A stretch of 61,102 nt of DNA, taken from a virus (Duplodnaviria > Caudoviricetes). The position numbers were made by a program, and so were the translations under genes. Under the pieces are notes generated by a model. That model searched no databases. It saw nothing but the letters and a program-made list of their open reading frames with translations, and was not told the origin of the DNA. This document shows positions 29,712-38,494 of the stretch, one piece after another. The stretch lies in IMG/VR virus record IMGVR_UViG_3300032893_000047, positions 1-61,102 of that record. One strand, given 5' to 3'. Positions within the stretch are counted from its first letter, which is position 1; each line of letters begins with the position of its first letter.

Positions 29712-30746
29712 ATGAGCAAAAAGAAAAAGCCTAACAAAAGAATCGAAGATATTACAACTCAGATATCTGATCTAAAATATTCCTTCGGGAATCCCCGGAA
29801 AACGAACAAAATAAAACAAGAAATTGAATCATTAAAAAAATCCATTAAACAATTTGGAACATGGAGATCGATTGGAATAGATGAAAATAATAATGTAATA
29901 TTTGGCAATAAATTATCAATGGCATTGAAAGAACTTGGAATACAACAAACAAGTGCAAAAAGGCTTATCGGTTATACTAATGCAGAATTAAAGGCAATAA
30001 ATATTAAAGATAACGAACATGTAGGCGAATGGGATTTTGATTTAAAATTTGAATGGGAAAAAGAAATAAGGATTGAAATGCCAAGTATAGATTTTAATAT
30101 TGTTGGTATTCAAAATAGAGATAAATATAAAGATAAAATCGATCATTATAACGATGAATTTTCCCCTAATTTATGTTTAGAAAAATTAGGTAACAAATTA
30201 TATTTGATAAAATATTTGCAAAAATTTGATAAATCAATAGAATTATATGCAGGAAGAGGACAATTATCATCTTATTATAATATAATTTTTAAAAAAAATA
30301 TTAAAAATGATCAGCAAAAATATTGTGATTTTAATTATAAAGCCATTGATTTTATAGAAAAAAAACTTGGCGATAATATTGATTTTGATCTTATAGATTT
30401 TGACGATGAAGGGACTCCTGCATTAGAATTAAAGCATTTTTTTAAAATAATAAAAATAAAAAAAAATAATTTTATTTTATCAATTACAGATGGATTGCCA
30501 ATGGCGCTAAAAATTAAAAGCAATATTGATTTTAAAAAATATTTTGATATAGAGATAGATAAAAATGAAAGATTTGATAAATTTGAATCTATTTATGTAG
30601 ATTTTATAAATAAATTAGCTGAAGATTCTGGGTTTAAAGTAGAAGATAAATGTATTTGTTATAAAAAAAACAAAAATGTATTATATTTATCATTTTTTTT
30701 AAAAAAACATTTCAATAAATCGAGGTCAAGGACGTCAAAGAAATAA
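29712..30746 (+). CDS. ParB/Srx-like N-terminus fused to a SAM-dependent methyltransferase-like domain
   Basis: NPRK...LKKSIKQFG...IDENNNVIFGN; ELYAGRG; FDLIDFDDEG. Confidence 0.7.
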   Translation: MSKKKKPNKRIEDITTQISDLKYSFGNPRKTNKIKQEIESLKKSIKQFGTWRSIGIDENNNVIFGNKLSMALKELGIQQTSAKRLIGYTNAELKAINIKDNEHVGEWDFDLKFEWEKEIRIEMPSIDFNIVGIQNRDKYKDKIDHYNDEFSPNLCLEKLGNKLYLIKYLQKFDKSIELYAGRGQLSSYYNIIFKKNIKNDQQKYCDFNYKAIDFIEKKLGDNIDFDLIDFDDEGTPALELKHFFKIIKIKKNNFILSITDGLPMALKIKSNIDFKKYFDIEIDKNERFDKFESIYVDFINKLAEDSGFKVEDKCICYKKNKNVLYLSFFLKKHFNKSRSRTSKK

Positions 30747-30856
30747 ATTACATCGAAATCACAGAAAAAAAGCATTATTTTGCATTTTTGATTTGAAATT
30801 ATATTAAATTTGTAATATAATAAATTAATCCTGAATAGGAAAGAAAGAGGTTTTTT

Positions 30857-31663
30857 ATGAGTATTATTTATCAACCAACGAACAAAGCCAGGGAATACAG
30901 TCCGCTCGCTTGTAACTTATATCTCGGATGCAACCATGGTTGTGCCTATTGTTTTGCTCCCGCAATCAATTACAAAAAAAGAGAGGACTATTTAACAATC
31001 AATCCCCGTCGAAATGTCATACAAGAACTCGAAAAAGATTGCAAACGTTATGTCAATTCAAATGAACAGGTATTATTATCATTCATGAGCGACCCATACA
31101 ATAGTCTTGAAAAAGAATTAAGACTCACCCGGGAAGCATTGAAATTATTCAAAAAATATCAAATACCCACGGCAATCCTGACAAAATCAAAAGACGTATT
31201 AAACGATATGGATATTATCAAGAAATTCGTAGAAAATATCCAGATCGGAATGACTTTGACATTCGATAACGATAAAGATTCTTTGAAATGGGAACCCGGA
31301 GCAAGTCTTCCGGACGAAAGAATCCGAGCATTAAAAACCCTAAAACAAAATAATATCAAAACATGGGCGAGTTTTGAGCCTGTAATAATACCCGAACAAT
31401 CAATATCTATGATTGAAAGATCCCTGGAATGGATAGACATATATAAAGTTGGGAAAATAAACAATTATCAGGGATTGGACAAAAATATCGACTGGAATGA
31501 TTTTCTCGATAAAACCGTAAAAATATTGAGAAAAGCAAAAAAGCCATTTTATGTTAAAATAGATTTACGGCAAGCCGCAAATAAAATAAAACTATTTGGG
31601 AATGAATGTCTACCGGATGAATTTTGCATTAAGCCTAATTGGGGTAATTTTCAAGATGAATAA
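30857..31663 (+). CDS. Radical SAM protein (SPL/DUF5131-like)
   Basis: CNHGCAYC; SFMSDPY; ILTK; WASFEP. Confidence 0.85.
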   Translation: MSIIYQPTNKAREYSPLACNLYLGCNHGCAYCFAPAINYKKREDYLTINPRRNVIQELEKDCKRYVNSNEQVLLSFMSDPYNSLEKELRLTREALKLFKKYQIPTAILTKSKDVLNDMDIIKKFVENIQIGMTLTFDNDKDSLKWEPGASLPDERIRALKTLKQNNIKTWASFEPVIIPEQSISMIERSLEWIDIYKVGKINNYQGLDKNIDWNDFLDKTVKILRKAKKPFYVKIDLRQAANKIKLFGNECLPDEFCIKPNWGNFQDE

Positions 31664-31698
31664 ACAAGATGTAACAATATAAAATTAAGGAGAATATT

Positions 31699-31896
31699 AT
31701 GCCAAAATTTAAGGAAGGCGATGTCGTAATGCTTCGCAGTGAAGAATTACGAGAACAAAGTATTTATATGACTATAGAATATGTAAGCAATCAAGAAAAT
31801 CCCATACGTTGTATTTGGTTTGATATTAATGGACGTTTACAAAAAGAATCATTTTTTAAACAATCCTTGATAATGATAAAGGAGAATAAATCATGA
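31699..31896 (+). CDS. YodC/DUF2158-like small protein
   Basis: FKEGDVVMLRS...MTIE...CIWFD. Confidence 0.7.
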   Translation: MPKFKEGDVVMLRSEELREQSIYMTIEYVSNQENPIRCIWFDINGRLQKESFFKQSLIMIKENKS

Positions 31897-32321
31897 AACC
31901 TAAAAAAAAGCCAAAAAGAATAAGATATCCAAATAGAGTCGGGCATCCAGTGACAAAATATACACCACAAAAGATAAAAGAAATAAAGAAAAAACTCGAA
32001 AAATATTGCAAAGACACACAAATACCTATAATAGCGGAGTTTGCATATCTGAATGATATCAGGAAACAAACATTATACGAACTCCCGGAATTGGCGGATT
32101 CTATTAAAAAAATAATAGAAAAAAAAGAAACAATGCTCGAAAGAGGATCACTCACGAATCAATTAAATACTTCTCAAGCGATATTCAGTTTGAAGCAATT
32201 GGGATGGCGGGACCGGTTCGATATAAATCATAATATTCCTGAAGACGTTGAAAATAACCTTAAGAAGTTTTTTGGACAAAGGGAGGACTTAAAAAATGAA
32301 GATAGCGAAGGTCGGGAATAA
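31893..32321 (+). CDS. Terminase small subunit (P22 gp3-like)
   Basis: GHPVTKYT...AIFSLKQLGWRD. Confidence 0.75.
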   Translation: MKPKKKPKRIRYPNRVGHPVTKYTPQKIKEIKKKLEKYCKDTQIPIIAEFAYLNDIRKQTLYELPELADSIKKIIEKKETMLERGSLTNQLNTSQAIFSLKQLGWRDRFDINHNIPEDVENNLKKFFGQREDLKNEDSEGRE

Positions 32322-33180
32322 ATATAGGAATCGAGAATGACTATAATTTGTCCTCGTTGTGAAAAATCCATCAAGCAAGTATTTCCAGGAATAGAATTTG
32401 ATTATCGATATTGTCCGCAATGCCAGAAAAATATTATAATGGAGGTCAAAAATGAAACAAAAAAATGTATGTAAATTAACCGGTAAGCCATGTAACGTGC
32501 CATTACTTTGTTCATCATGCCCGCATGCAAGAAAAAAGCAGGAAAAAAACAAATGACCAGGCTTGAACAAATCGAACAATACAATAATAAAAATCCTGAA
32601 AATATTTGCAAGGTTAAGGGCATTTTGAAAGCAAATGAAATCTTCAACGGCAAAATCAAGAGAGTTGTTCGACATTGTCCGCATTATAAAAATTGTTTAT
32701 GCACTATGAGAAATATTACGGCATGTAAATATATAAGGCCACTCCCCTATTTTACTTGAAATGTTTTTGAATAAGAAGTAGTATTTTTAAAGAAAGGAAT
32801 TAAATATTGATAGAAAATAAAATTGAAATTAATGAAACTATTTTACCGGATGGAAAGAGATTTGTTATCAGAAATGATACGCCGTATATTATGATTTATG
32901 GCAAAGATAATAATTTACTCTGCGATGCTGTCCCAGGCTTTGATAATTCATATGATATTTTTACACATTCAAAGAAAAAAATATTTTGTAAAGCATTTGG
33001 AGAAAACGGGAGAATATTTTAAATTAGAAAGGAAGGAAAAATATGAATAAGAAATGTTTTGCCTTGATTTGTCTTAAATGCGGGCATGCCTATGAAAGTT
33101 ATTACAACAATTTTCCCGTCTGAGTGTTTGAAAAAAAACATGGATTTGATAAGGAAAATAACGATAAAAACAATATAATG

Positions 33181-33208
33181 TTGACAAATAAATAAAATAT
33201 GATACGAT
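33181..33208 (+). promoter_or_regulatory. Sigma70 promoter upstream of the terminase operon
   Basis: TTGACA-16-TACGAT with TGn. Confidence 0.6.
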
Positions 33209-33246
33209 GTAATAGTTATACCTCTTTTTATAAACTTTCAAAGAAG

Positions 33247-33277
33247 GCAGGCGGACTTTATGGTTGCCTGCTTTTTT
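33247..33277 (+). terminator. Intrinsic terminator in the leader
   Basis: GCAGGCGG...TTGCCTGC hairpin followed by T6. Confidence 0.75.
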
Positions 33278-33297
33278 AATTTTAGGAGAAAAAAATC

Positions 33298-33846
33298 ATG
33301 AGCGACAAAGAAATTATTTTAGAAAAAAAAGAAATCGACGAGAACATTCCAAAGAATGCGACTGCAATCAAAAAAACATTTGATGTTCAGGAAACGAAAG
33401 AAATGTTAGGGAAAACAAACGATGAAGTAATAAAGGAAATCGAGCAAAGTAAAGAACCAATAAAAAATCCTGAACAACCACAAACCCCGATATACATGAA
33501 TACGGTAAAAAGAAAAAGCGATCTTATTATATGTTCTATGCAATTCAAGAAGATGGGCGATGAAGATTTGCTTGTAATATCCATATCAGATCACAAAGGG
33601 ACATTGCATTCTGATTCAGTTATTTTGAAAAAAGGTAGCAATACCTATGAACTTTCATTCTTTTTTATTATCGACCAGATAACTGAGTTTGCAAAAGGTC
33701 ATCATTACCGATTTTTCGGAGTATTGAGTATATCGCCAGGGCAATTTATATTCCTTGTCAAGCCAACACTTTTCAGAAAGATATTTGGCTTTAAAAAAAA
33801 GAGTAAAATAAGTGATATTCCATTTGCAAAACGGATGGAAGTTTAA
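33298..33846 (+). CDS. Hypothetical protein
   Basis: AGGAG RBS; 182 aa. Confidence 0.6.
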   Translation: MSDKEIILEKKEIDENIPKNATAIKKTFDVQETKEMLGKTNDEVIKEIEQSKEPIKNPEQPQTPIYMNTVKRKSDLIICSMQFKKMGDEDLLVISISDHKGTLHSDSVILKKGSNTYELSFFFIIDQITEFAKGHHYRFFGVLSISPGQFIFLVKPTLFRKIFGFKKKSKISDIPFAKRMEV

Positions 33847-33879
33847 AAATAAGAATTAACTGATGATTGAAGGATAATT

Positions 33880-34176
33880 ATGATAGGTATAATAATAACA
33901 GATTTTGCGTTTATTTTTGTCGGTGTTGTAATTGGTCTCGTCCTATATTCAATGTTATTAACTTCAAAAATGATACCATGCAAAAAATGTAAGGTTATGA
34001 TTGATGATAATGCAAGATATTGTCCGGAATGTGGATTTCAACAAAGCATATGCAAGAAAGATGAATTCGATGATTATAACGACGAAGAAATAACAGAAAT
34101 ATTGAAAAACGGGAATAAACAGCCCAGACAATCGTCAAATAAACCTACAACAAGAAGTAGGAAAGATTTGGTTTGA
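33880..34176 (+). CDS. TM + zinc-ribbon protein
   Basis: Hydrophobic N-terminus; CKKC...CPECG. Confidence 0.65.
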   Translation: MIGIIITDFAFIFVGVVIGLVLYSMLLTSKMIPCKKCKVMIDDNARYCPECGFQQSICKKDEFDDYNDEEITEILKNGNKQPRQSSNKPTTRSRKDLV

Positions 34177-34188
34177 TGGAGCGTTAAA

Positions 34189-35481
34189 ATCTATTCACTT
34201 TCTGAATCAGACAAATTAAAAATATTAGAACACCCCCACATCCTGGGAAATCTTGTCGGATATGATAGGTTAACCGAGATTCATTCACAATGGATCAAAT
34301 ACATTTGGAACGGTAAAAAAAGTCGAGCATTACAAGGGCATAGATATTCATTCAAAACGACTGCAATTACTGTTATTGGGACAATATATTGGATGTTATT
34401 CCATCCGGAAGAAACTATCGGCATAATAAGGAAAACTCAAACCGATGCGGAAGAATGTATCAAAAATATTTCAACTTTGATGAAGAAAGAAGAAATCAAA
34501 CAAATATTCAAGGCGTTTCATGGCAAAGTACCGGAATTCACCGGGGATAAAAATGATAGAATCGAATTTAGTTTCAAGAAAACGGTAACGAGGGAAGGAA
34601 ATATAAACGCATTTTCGGTCATGACTTCATCGGTGGGATCTCACGTTAAACGAGCAATATTTGATGACTTTGTAACAATAGATGATAGATTATCGAAAGC
34701 CTGCAGAGAAAAAACAAAAGTAATGCTCGAAGAATATGTAAACAATATTCTGGCACCGAATGGGACCTGCGGATTCATTGGGACACCCTGGCATAAGATG
34801 GATGCTTGGATATCGCCGGGCATACCGCATCCATTAAGATTTGATGTTTATAGTACGAAATTGATGGCTGAAAATGAAATATTGGAAAAGAAAAGTAAAA
34901 TGAGTCATGTTTCATTTGCGGCGAACTATGAATTGGAACTTGTCGCTTCGGACGATGTCATCTTCTCTCCTGCAAAATATGCCCCATGGGAATTCAGGTA
35001 TAAAAATGGTATTGGCGGGATTGATAAGAAATATGAAGGCACAGATACTAATGCCCTTGTCTTTATATCAAAAAAAGAAAATGGTCGTTATCAGGGATTT
35101 GGGAAGGTATGGACTGAAAACATAAAAACATTATATGACGAAATCAAATCATTACATCAAAAATACGGAATAGGAACGATCTATTCTGAAAAGAATGATG
35201 ATAAAGGATTTGTTACTGACAAATTGGCAACTATGGGAATACCTGTAATTGCGTATCATGAAAATATGAATAAGCATATTAAAATATTAAATCATTTGAA
35301 AGAGAACGGTTTTTGGGATATGATAGATTGGACACCAGAAACAGACCCTGATTTTATTGCACAAATTGAAGAGTACAACGAGGGAATGGAACCTGATGAC
35401 GCAAGTGACATTTGTTCGGTAATGGGGAAAATTCTAATTTCAGCCGGAGCGGAAGCATTTCGTCGAAGATGGAAAAAATAA
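34189..35481 (+). CDS. terL: Terminase large subunit (start uncertain; probably ATC at 34189)
   Basis: Walker A-like LQGHRYSFKTT lies upstream of the first ATG (34393); IFDD Walker B, IGTPWH, C-terminal nuclease GIDKK...PDDASD. Confidence 0.85.
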   Translation: MYSLSESDKLKILEHPHILGNLVGYDRLTEIHSQWIKYIWNGKKSRALQGHRYSFKTTAITVIGTIYWMLFHPEETIGIIRKTQTDAEECIKNISTLMKKEEIKQIFKAFHGKVPEFTGDKNDRIEFSFKKTVTREGNINAFSVMTSSVGSHVKRAIFDDFVTIDDRLSKACREKTKVMLEEYVNNILAPNGTCGFIGTPWHKMDAWISPGIPHPLRFDVYSTKLMAENEILEKKSKMSHVSFAANYELELVASDDVIFSPAKYAPWEFRYKNGIGGIDKKYEGTDTNALVFISKKENGRYQGFGKVWTENIKTLYDEIKSLHQKYGIGTIYSEKNDDKGFVTDKLATMGIPVIAYHENMNKHIKILNHLKENGFWDMIDWTPETDPDFIAQIEEYNEGMEPDDASDICSVMGKILISAGAEAFRRRWKK

Positions 35482-35490
35482 ATATTGTTA

Positions 35491-35519
35491 TTGATTTTTG
35501 AGCGGCAAAAAAGTATAAT
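35491..35519 (+). promoter_or_regulatory. Promoter of the moron between TerL and portal
   Basis: TTGATT-17-TATAAT. Confidence 0.6.
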
Positions 35520-35541
35520 ATATAAAAGGAATGGTTGTAGT

Positions 35542-36039
35542 ATGATATATTTTGTATCAGGGCATTTAGATTTAACTGAAGAAGAATTTGAGACTCATTA
35601 TAAGAATAAATTAATCGAATCTATGAATGATGAGTCTCATTATTTTGTTGTTGGTGATGCGAGAGGTTGTGATTTAATGGCTCAACAGATTTTAATCAAA
35701 ATTCCTGACCGAGTCACAGTATTTCACATGTTCGAATCGCCAAGAAATAATTTGGGATTTAAATCAATCGGTGGTTTTGGCTCGGATGAAGAAAGGGATG
35801 AAGCTATGACATTGAAGTCGGATTCAGATATTGCTTGGGTAAAACCTGGTAGAGAGCGAAGCGGGACGGCAAGAAACTTGCTTCGAAGGTTTTTCCTGAC
35901 TGAATTAAAAAATACAATCATATCTGATATTATCAGAGAAGCGAACGAAGAATTAAAAGAAGCCAATCTTTCTTTTCTCATAAAACGAGAAGGAATAATA
36001 ATAAAAAATATCACTGAAACTTTATTCAAATATATGTGA
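35542..36039 (+). CDS. SLOG-family (YspA/DUF2493-like) nucleotide-binding protein
   Basis: FVSGH, VVGDARGCD, RDEAM, IAW...SGT. Confidence 0.65.
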   Translation: MIYFVSGHLDLTEEEFETHYKNKLIESMNDESHYFVVGDARGCDLMAQQILIKIPDRVTVFHMFESPRNNLGFKSIGGFGSDEERDEAMTLKSDSDIAWVKPGRERSGTARNLLRRFFLTELKNTIISDIIREANEELKEANLSFLIKREGIIIKNITETLFKYM

Positions 36040-36409
36040 GGTATAAAATGCAAGTAACATTATTGGATACTAAAACAGGTCAAAAAGTTATTGTCGATGA
36101 TGATATTCCGCATTTTGCATGGGTGGATGGCAATTGGTAAAGATTTGACTGAAAAATATATAAAGGGGAAATGATAAAAATGGAATTAAATTATTATCAA
36201 AATTTAATAAATAAAAAAGTTGAAATTAAAGAAGATTGGTACAAAAGAAAAGGATGGGACATAAAAAATTATAATTATGAAGGTATTATTCAAAATATTT
36301 ATATTAGAATAGAAAAAAAAAATTCAATAATATTTTATGAAATAGAAAAGAGTGACGGGACAATGTTATTGTATGATGAAAATGATGTTACAATTTTATA
36401 AGGATTATT

Positions 36410-38356
36410 ATGACAAACAAAGAATTATCAGAGTTCAAAACGAAACAGGAATATTATAGATGCAATCCCGAAAGGATGATTGCCGATGCCAATGACAGGA
36501 AAAATAAAGAAACCTTTTTTGTTGTCAAACCTACTGAGCGCCCGAAGAAGCAAACGGCAACTACGAAAATAGATGAACTCGACAACTTCAAAAGAACGGG
36601 AGTCCCGCATCACGATAACTGGATGAATCTATTCACAGGACTTGGAACGAGAGGCGACAAATCAGCGTATACTTCATTTTCAGGCTATACCTGGCTTGAT
36701 GATAGGCTACTTTCCGAATTATGGGTAGGCGATGGATTTGCGAAAAAAATAAGTTCATGCTTTGCCGATGATTCTACCCGGGAATGGATAAAGATCAAAA
36801 ACGATACTGATAATGAATTATTCAACAAATTGGTAAAATTAAAATCAGCCAATGCTTTTAATAAGGCTCTGAAATGGAGAAGACATTTTGGAGGCTCGTT
36901 GATAGTCATGGGAATAAATGACGGTGGTAAACTGGAAGAACCGGTCGATATGAATAAAATAAAATCCGTCGATTATCTAAGAGTATATGACCGTGTCCGG
37001 GTATATATGACAAACTTCAATTTCATGCAGGACCCGGAAGATCCTAATTATGGCAATCCTGAATTCTATACGATTTTTCCGCAATGGTCGGCAGCATATA
37101 ATGTCCACAGATCAAGAGTTTTAATCTTCAAGGGTCTTGAAGTCCCAGAATGGATGATGTCTACCAGGTGGTGGTTTTGGGGGATGTCATGTATTCAGCC
37201 AATATGGACGGATTTGAAAAACCTTGCAGCCGGAGTAAATCATATAGTGAAATTGCTCTATGAATTCACAATGGGAAAATATAAAGTAAAGAATTTGGCT
37301 CAAATAATGTCCGAAGATGACGGGACGAATAAAGTAATGGAAATGCTCGATATTATTGATCTTGGAAAATCAATAATAAATGCTTATATCCTCGATGCAG
37401 ACGGAGAGGACTTTACAAGGGATTCGGTCGGCGTTTCAGGATTACCGGAACTCCTTGATAGATATATGATATTACTTTCAGGTGTATCAAATACGCCAGT
37501 AACGAAATTATTCGGAAGATCGGCAGCCGGATTAAATGCAACGGGAGAAAATGACCAGGATGATTATGACGATGCAGTCAAATCGGATCAAGAAAACTAT
37601 TTGAAGCCCGAGATTCAAACGCTTGTAGATATTATTAACGCATCAAAAGAGATAAAGAAGAAAGTCAAAGAGCCTATTGTAGAGTTCAATCCATTGAAAC
37701 AAATGTCAGAAAAAGAAAAACTTGCAAATCAATTGGTTCAAGCGCAAATTGATAAAATATACACCAATGATACTGGAGTATTGAACGAAGAAGAAGTAAG
37801 AACATCAAGATTTGAGAATGGATATTCATTTGATACGCAACTTATCGAACAAATGGAGGCTCCGGGAAAGCCAGAACCCGTGATACCTCCGAATATGCTT
37901 CCAGGGCAGGGATTGAATGAAAACCCTGATAATCCAAAAGAGAATCAAAGCCTTTCGGGTATTGAGTCCCTTGCGGGAGCATCCGGCAAATCAATTAAGG
38001 TATTGGAAGACCCAGATTTGACTGAAGAATCCAAAAATAACGGATTCCCCGGGAAACCGACTAAGGCAAAAACAAAAAAAGACGGATTTTATGATAGATT
38101 GAAAAAAAGATTTGATAATATTTTTGATGGCGGACCGGGAAGTGGTAGGCACAAAGAAACTTTTTCATTATCAATAGCGAAAATGAAAAAAATTCCAATG
38201 CCAAAAAATCTCAAAAAGAAATGGGCGAAAAATGGCGGAGTATCTAATCCAGAATATAAGCAATGGATTAAAGAGAATTGGAAATCTGATAATGAGGAAA
38301 TGACAGAAATATTTGATAATATAATGGAAATTCAATTTGAGGCTATTGATGACTGA
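36410..38356 (+). CDS. Portal protein (DUF1073-type) with long C-terminal extension
   Basis: W.N..TGLGT..DK; vHrSRvl.f.G; PVTKLFGRSAAGLNATGEND...YDD. Confidence 0.9.
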   Translation: MTNKELSEFKTKQEYYRCNPERMIADANDRKNKETFFVVKPTERPKKQTATTKIDELDNFKRTGVPHHDNWMNLFTGLGTRGDKSAYTSFSGYTWLDDRLLSELWVGDGFAKKISSCFADDSTREWIKIKNDTDNELFNKLVKLKSANAFNKALKWRRHFGGSLIVMGINDGGKLEEPVDMNKIKSVDYLRVYDRVRVYMTNFNFMQDPEDPNYGNPEFYTIFPQWSAAYNVHRSRVLIFKGLEVPEWMMSTRWWFWGMSCIQPIWTDLKNLAAGVNHIVKLLYEFTMGKYKVKNLAQIMSEDDGTNKVMEMLDIIDLGKSIINAYILDADGEDFTRDSVGVSGLPELLDRYMILLSGVSNTPVTKLFGRSAAGLNATGENDQDDYDDAVKSDQENYLKPEIQTLVDIINASKEIKKKVKEPIVEFNPLKQMSEKEKLANQLVQAQIDKIYTNDTGVLNEEEVRTSRFENGYSFDTQLIEQMEAPGKPEPVIPPNMLPGQGLNENPDNPKENQSLSGIESLAGASGKSIKVLEDPDLTEESKNNGFPGKPTKAKTKKDGFYDRLKKRFDNIFDGGPGSGRHKETFSLSIAKMKKIPMPKNLKKKWAKNGGVSNPEYKQWIKENWKSDNEEMTEIFDNIMEIQFEAIDD

Positions 38357-38494
38357 TAAGAAATCAATCGCAGAAATTATCAAACATCATAAAAAAATAA
38401 TTCAATTTGGAATTGCTAATGATTTGATTAAAATAGATAAAGATAGATTGAAAAAAATAAAATATAAAATTAAGATTTAATAAGGCGCATACAC

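Noticed and set aside
34174-34176. Genome-wide stop-codon reassignment
   Set aside because: Conserved genes are intact under code 11 and TGA ends many genes at sensible positions
36410-38356. Anti-CBASS Acb1 nuclease in the portal gene
   Set aside because: No HxT/HxS 2H-phosphoesterase motif pair is evident in the extension; core motifs and position indicate a portal
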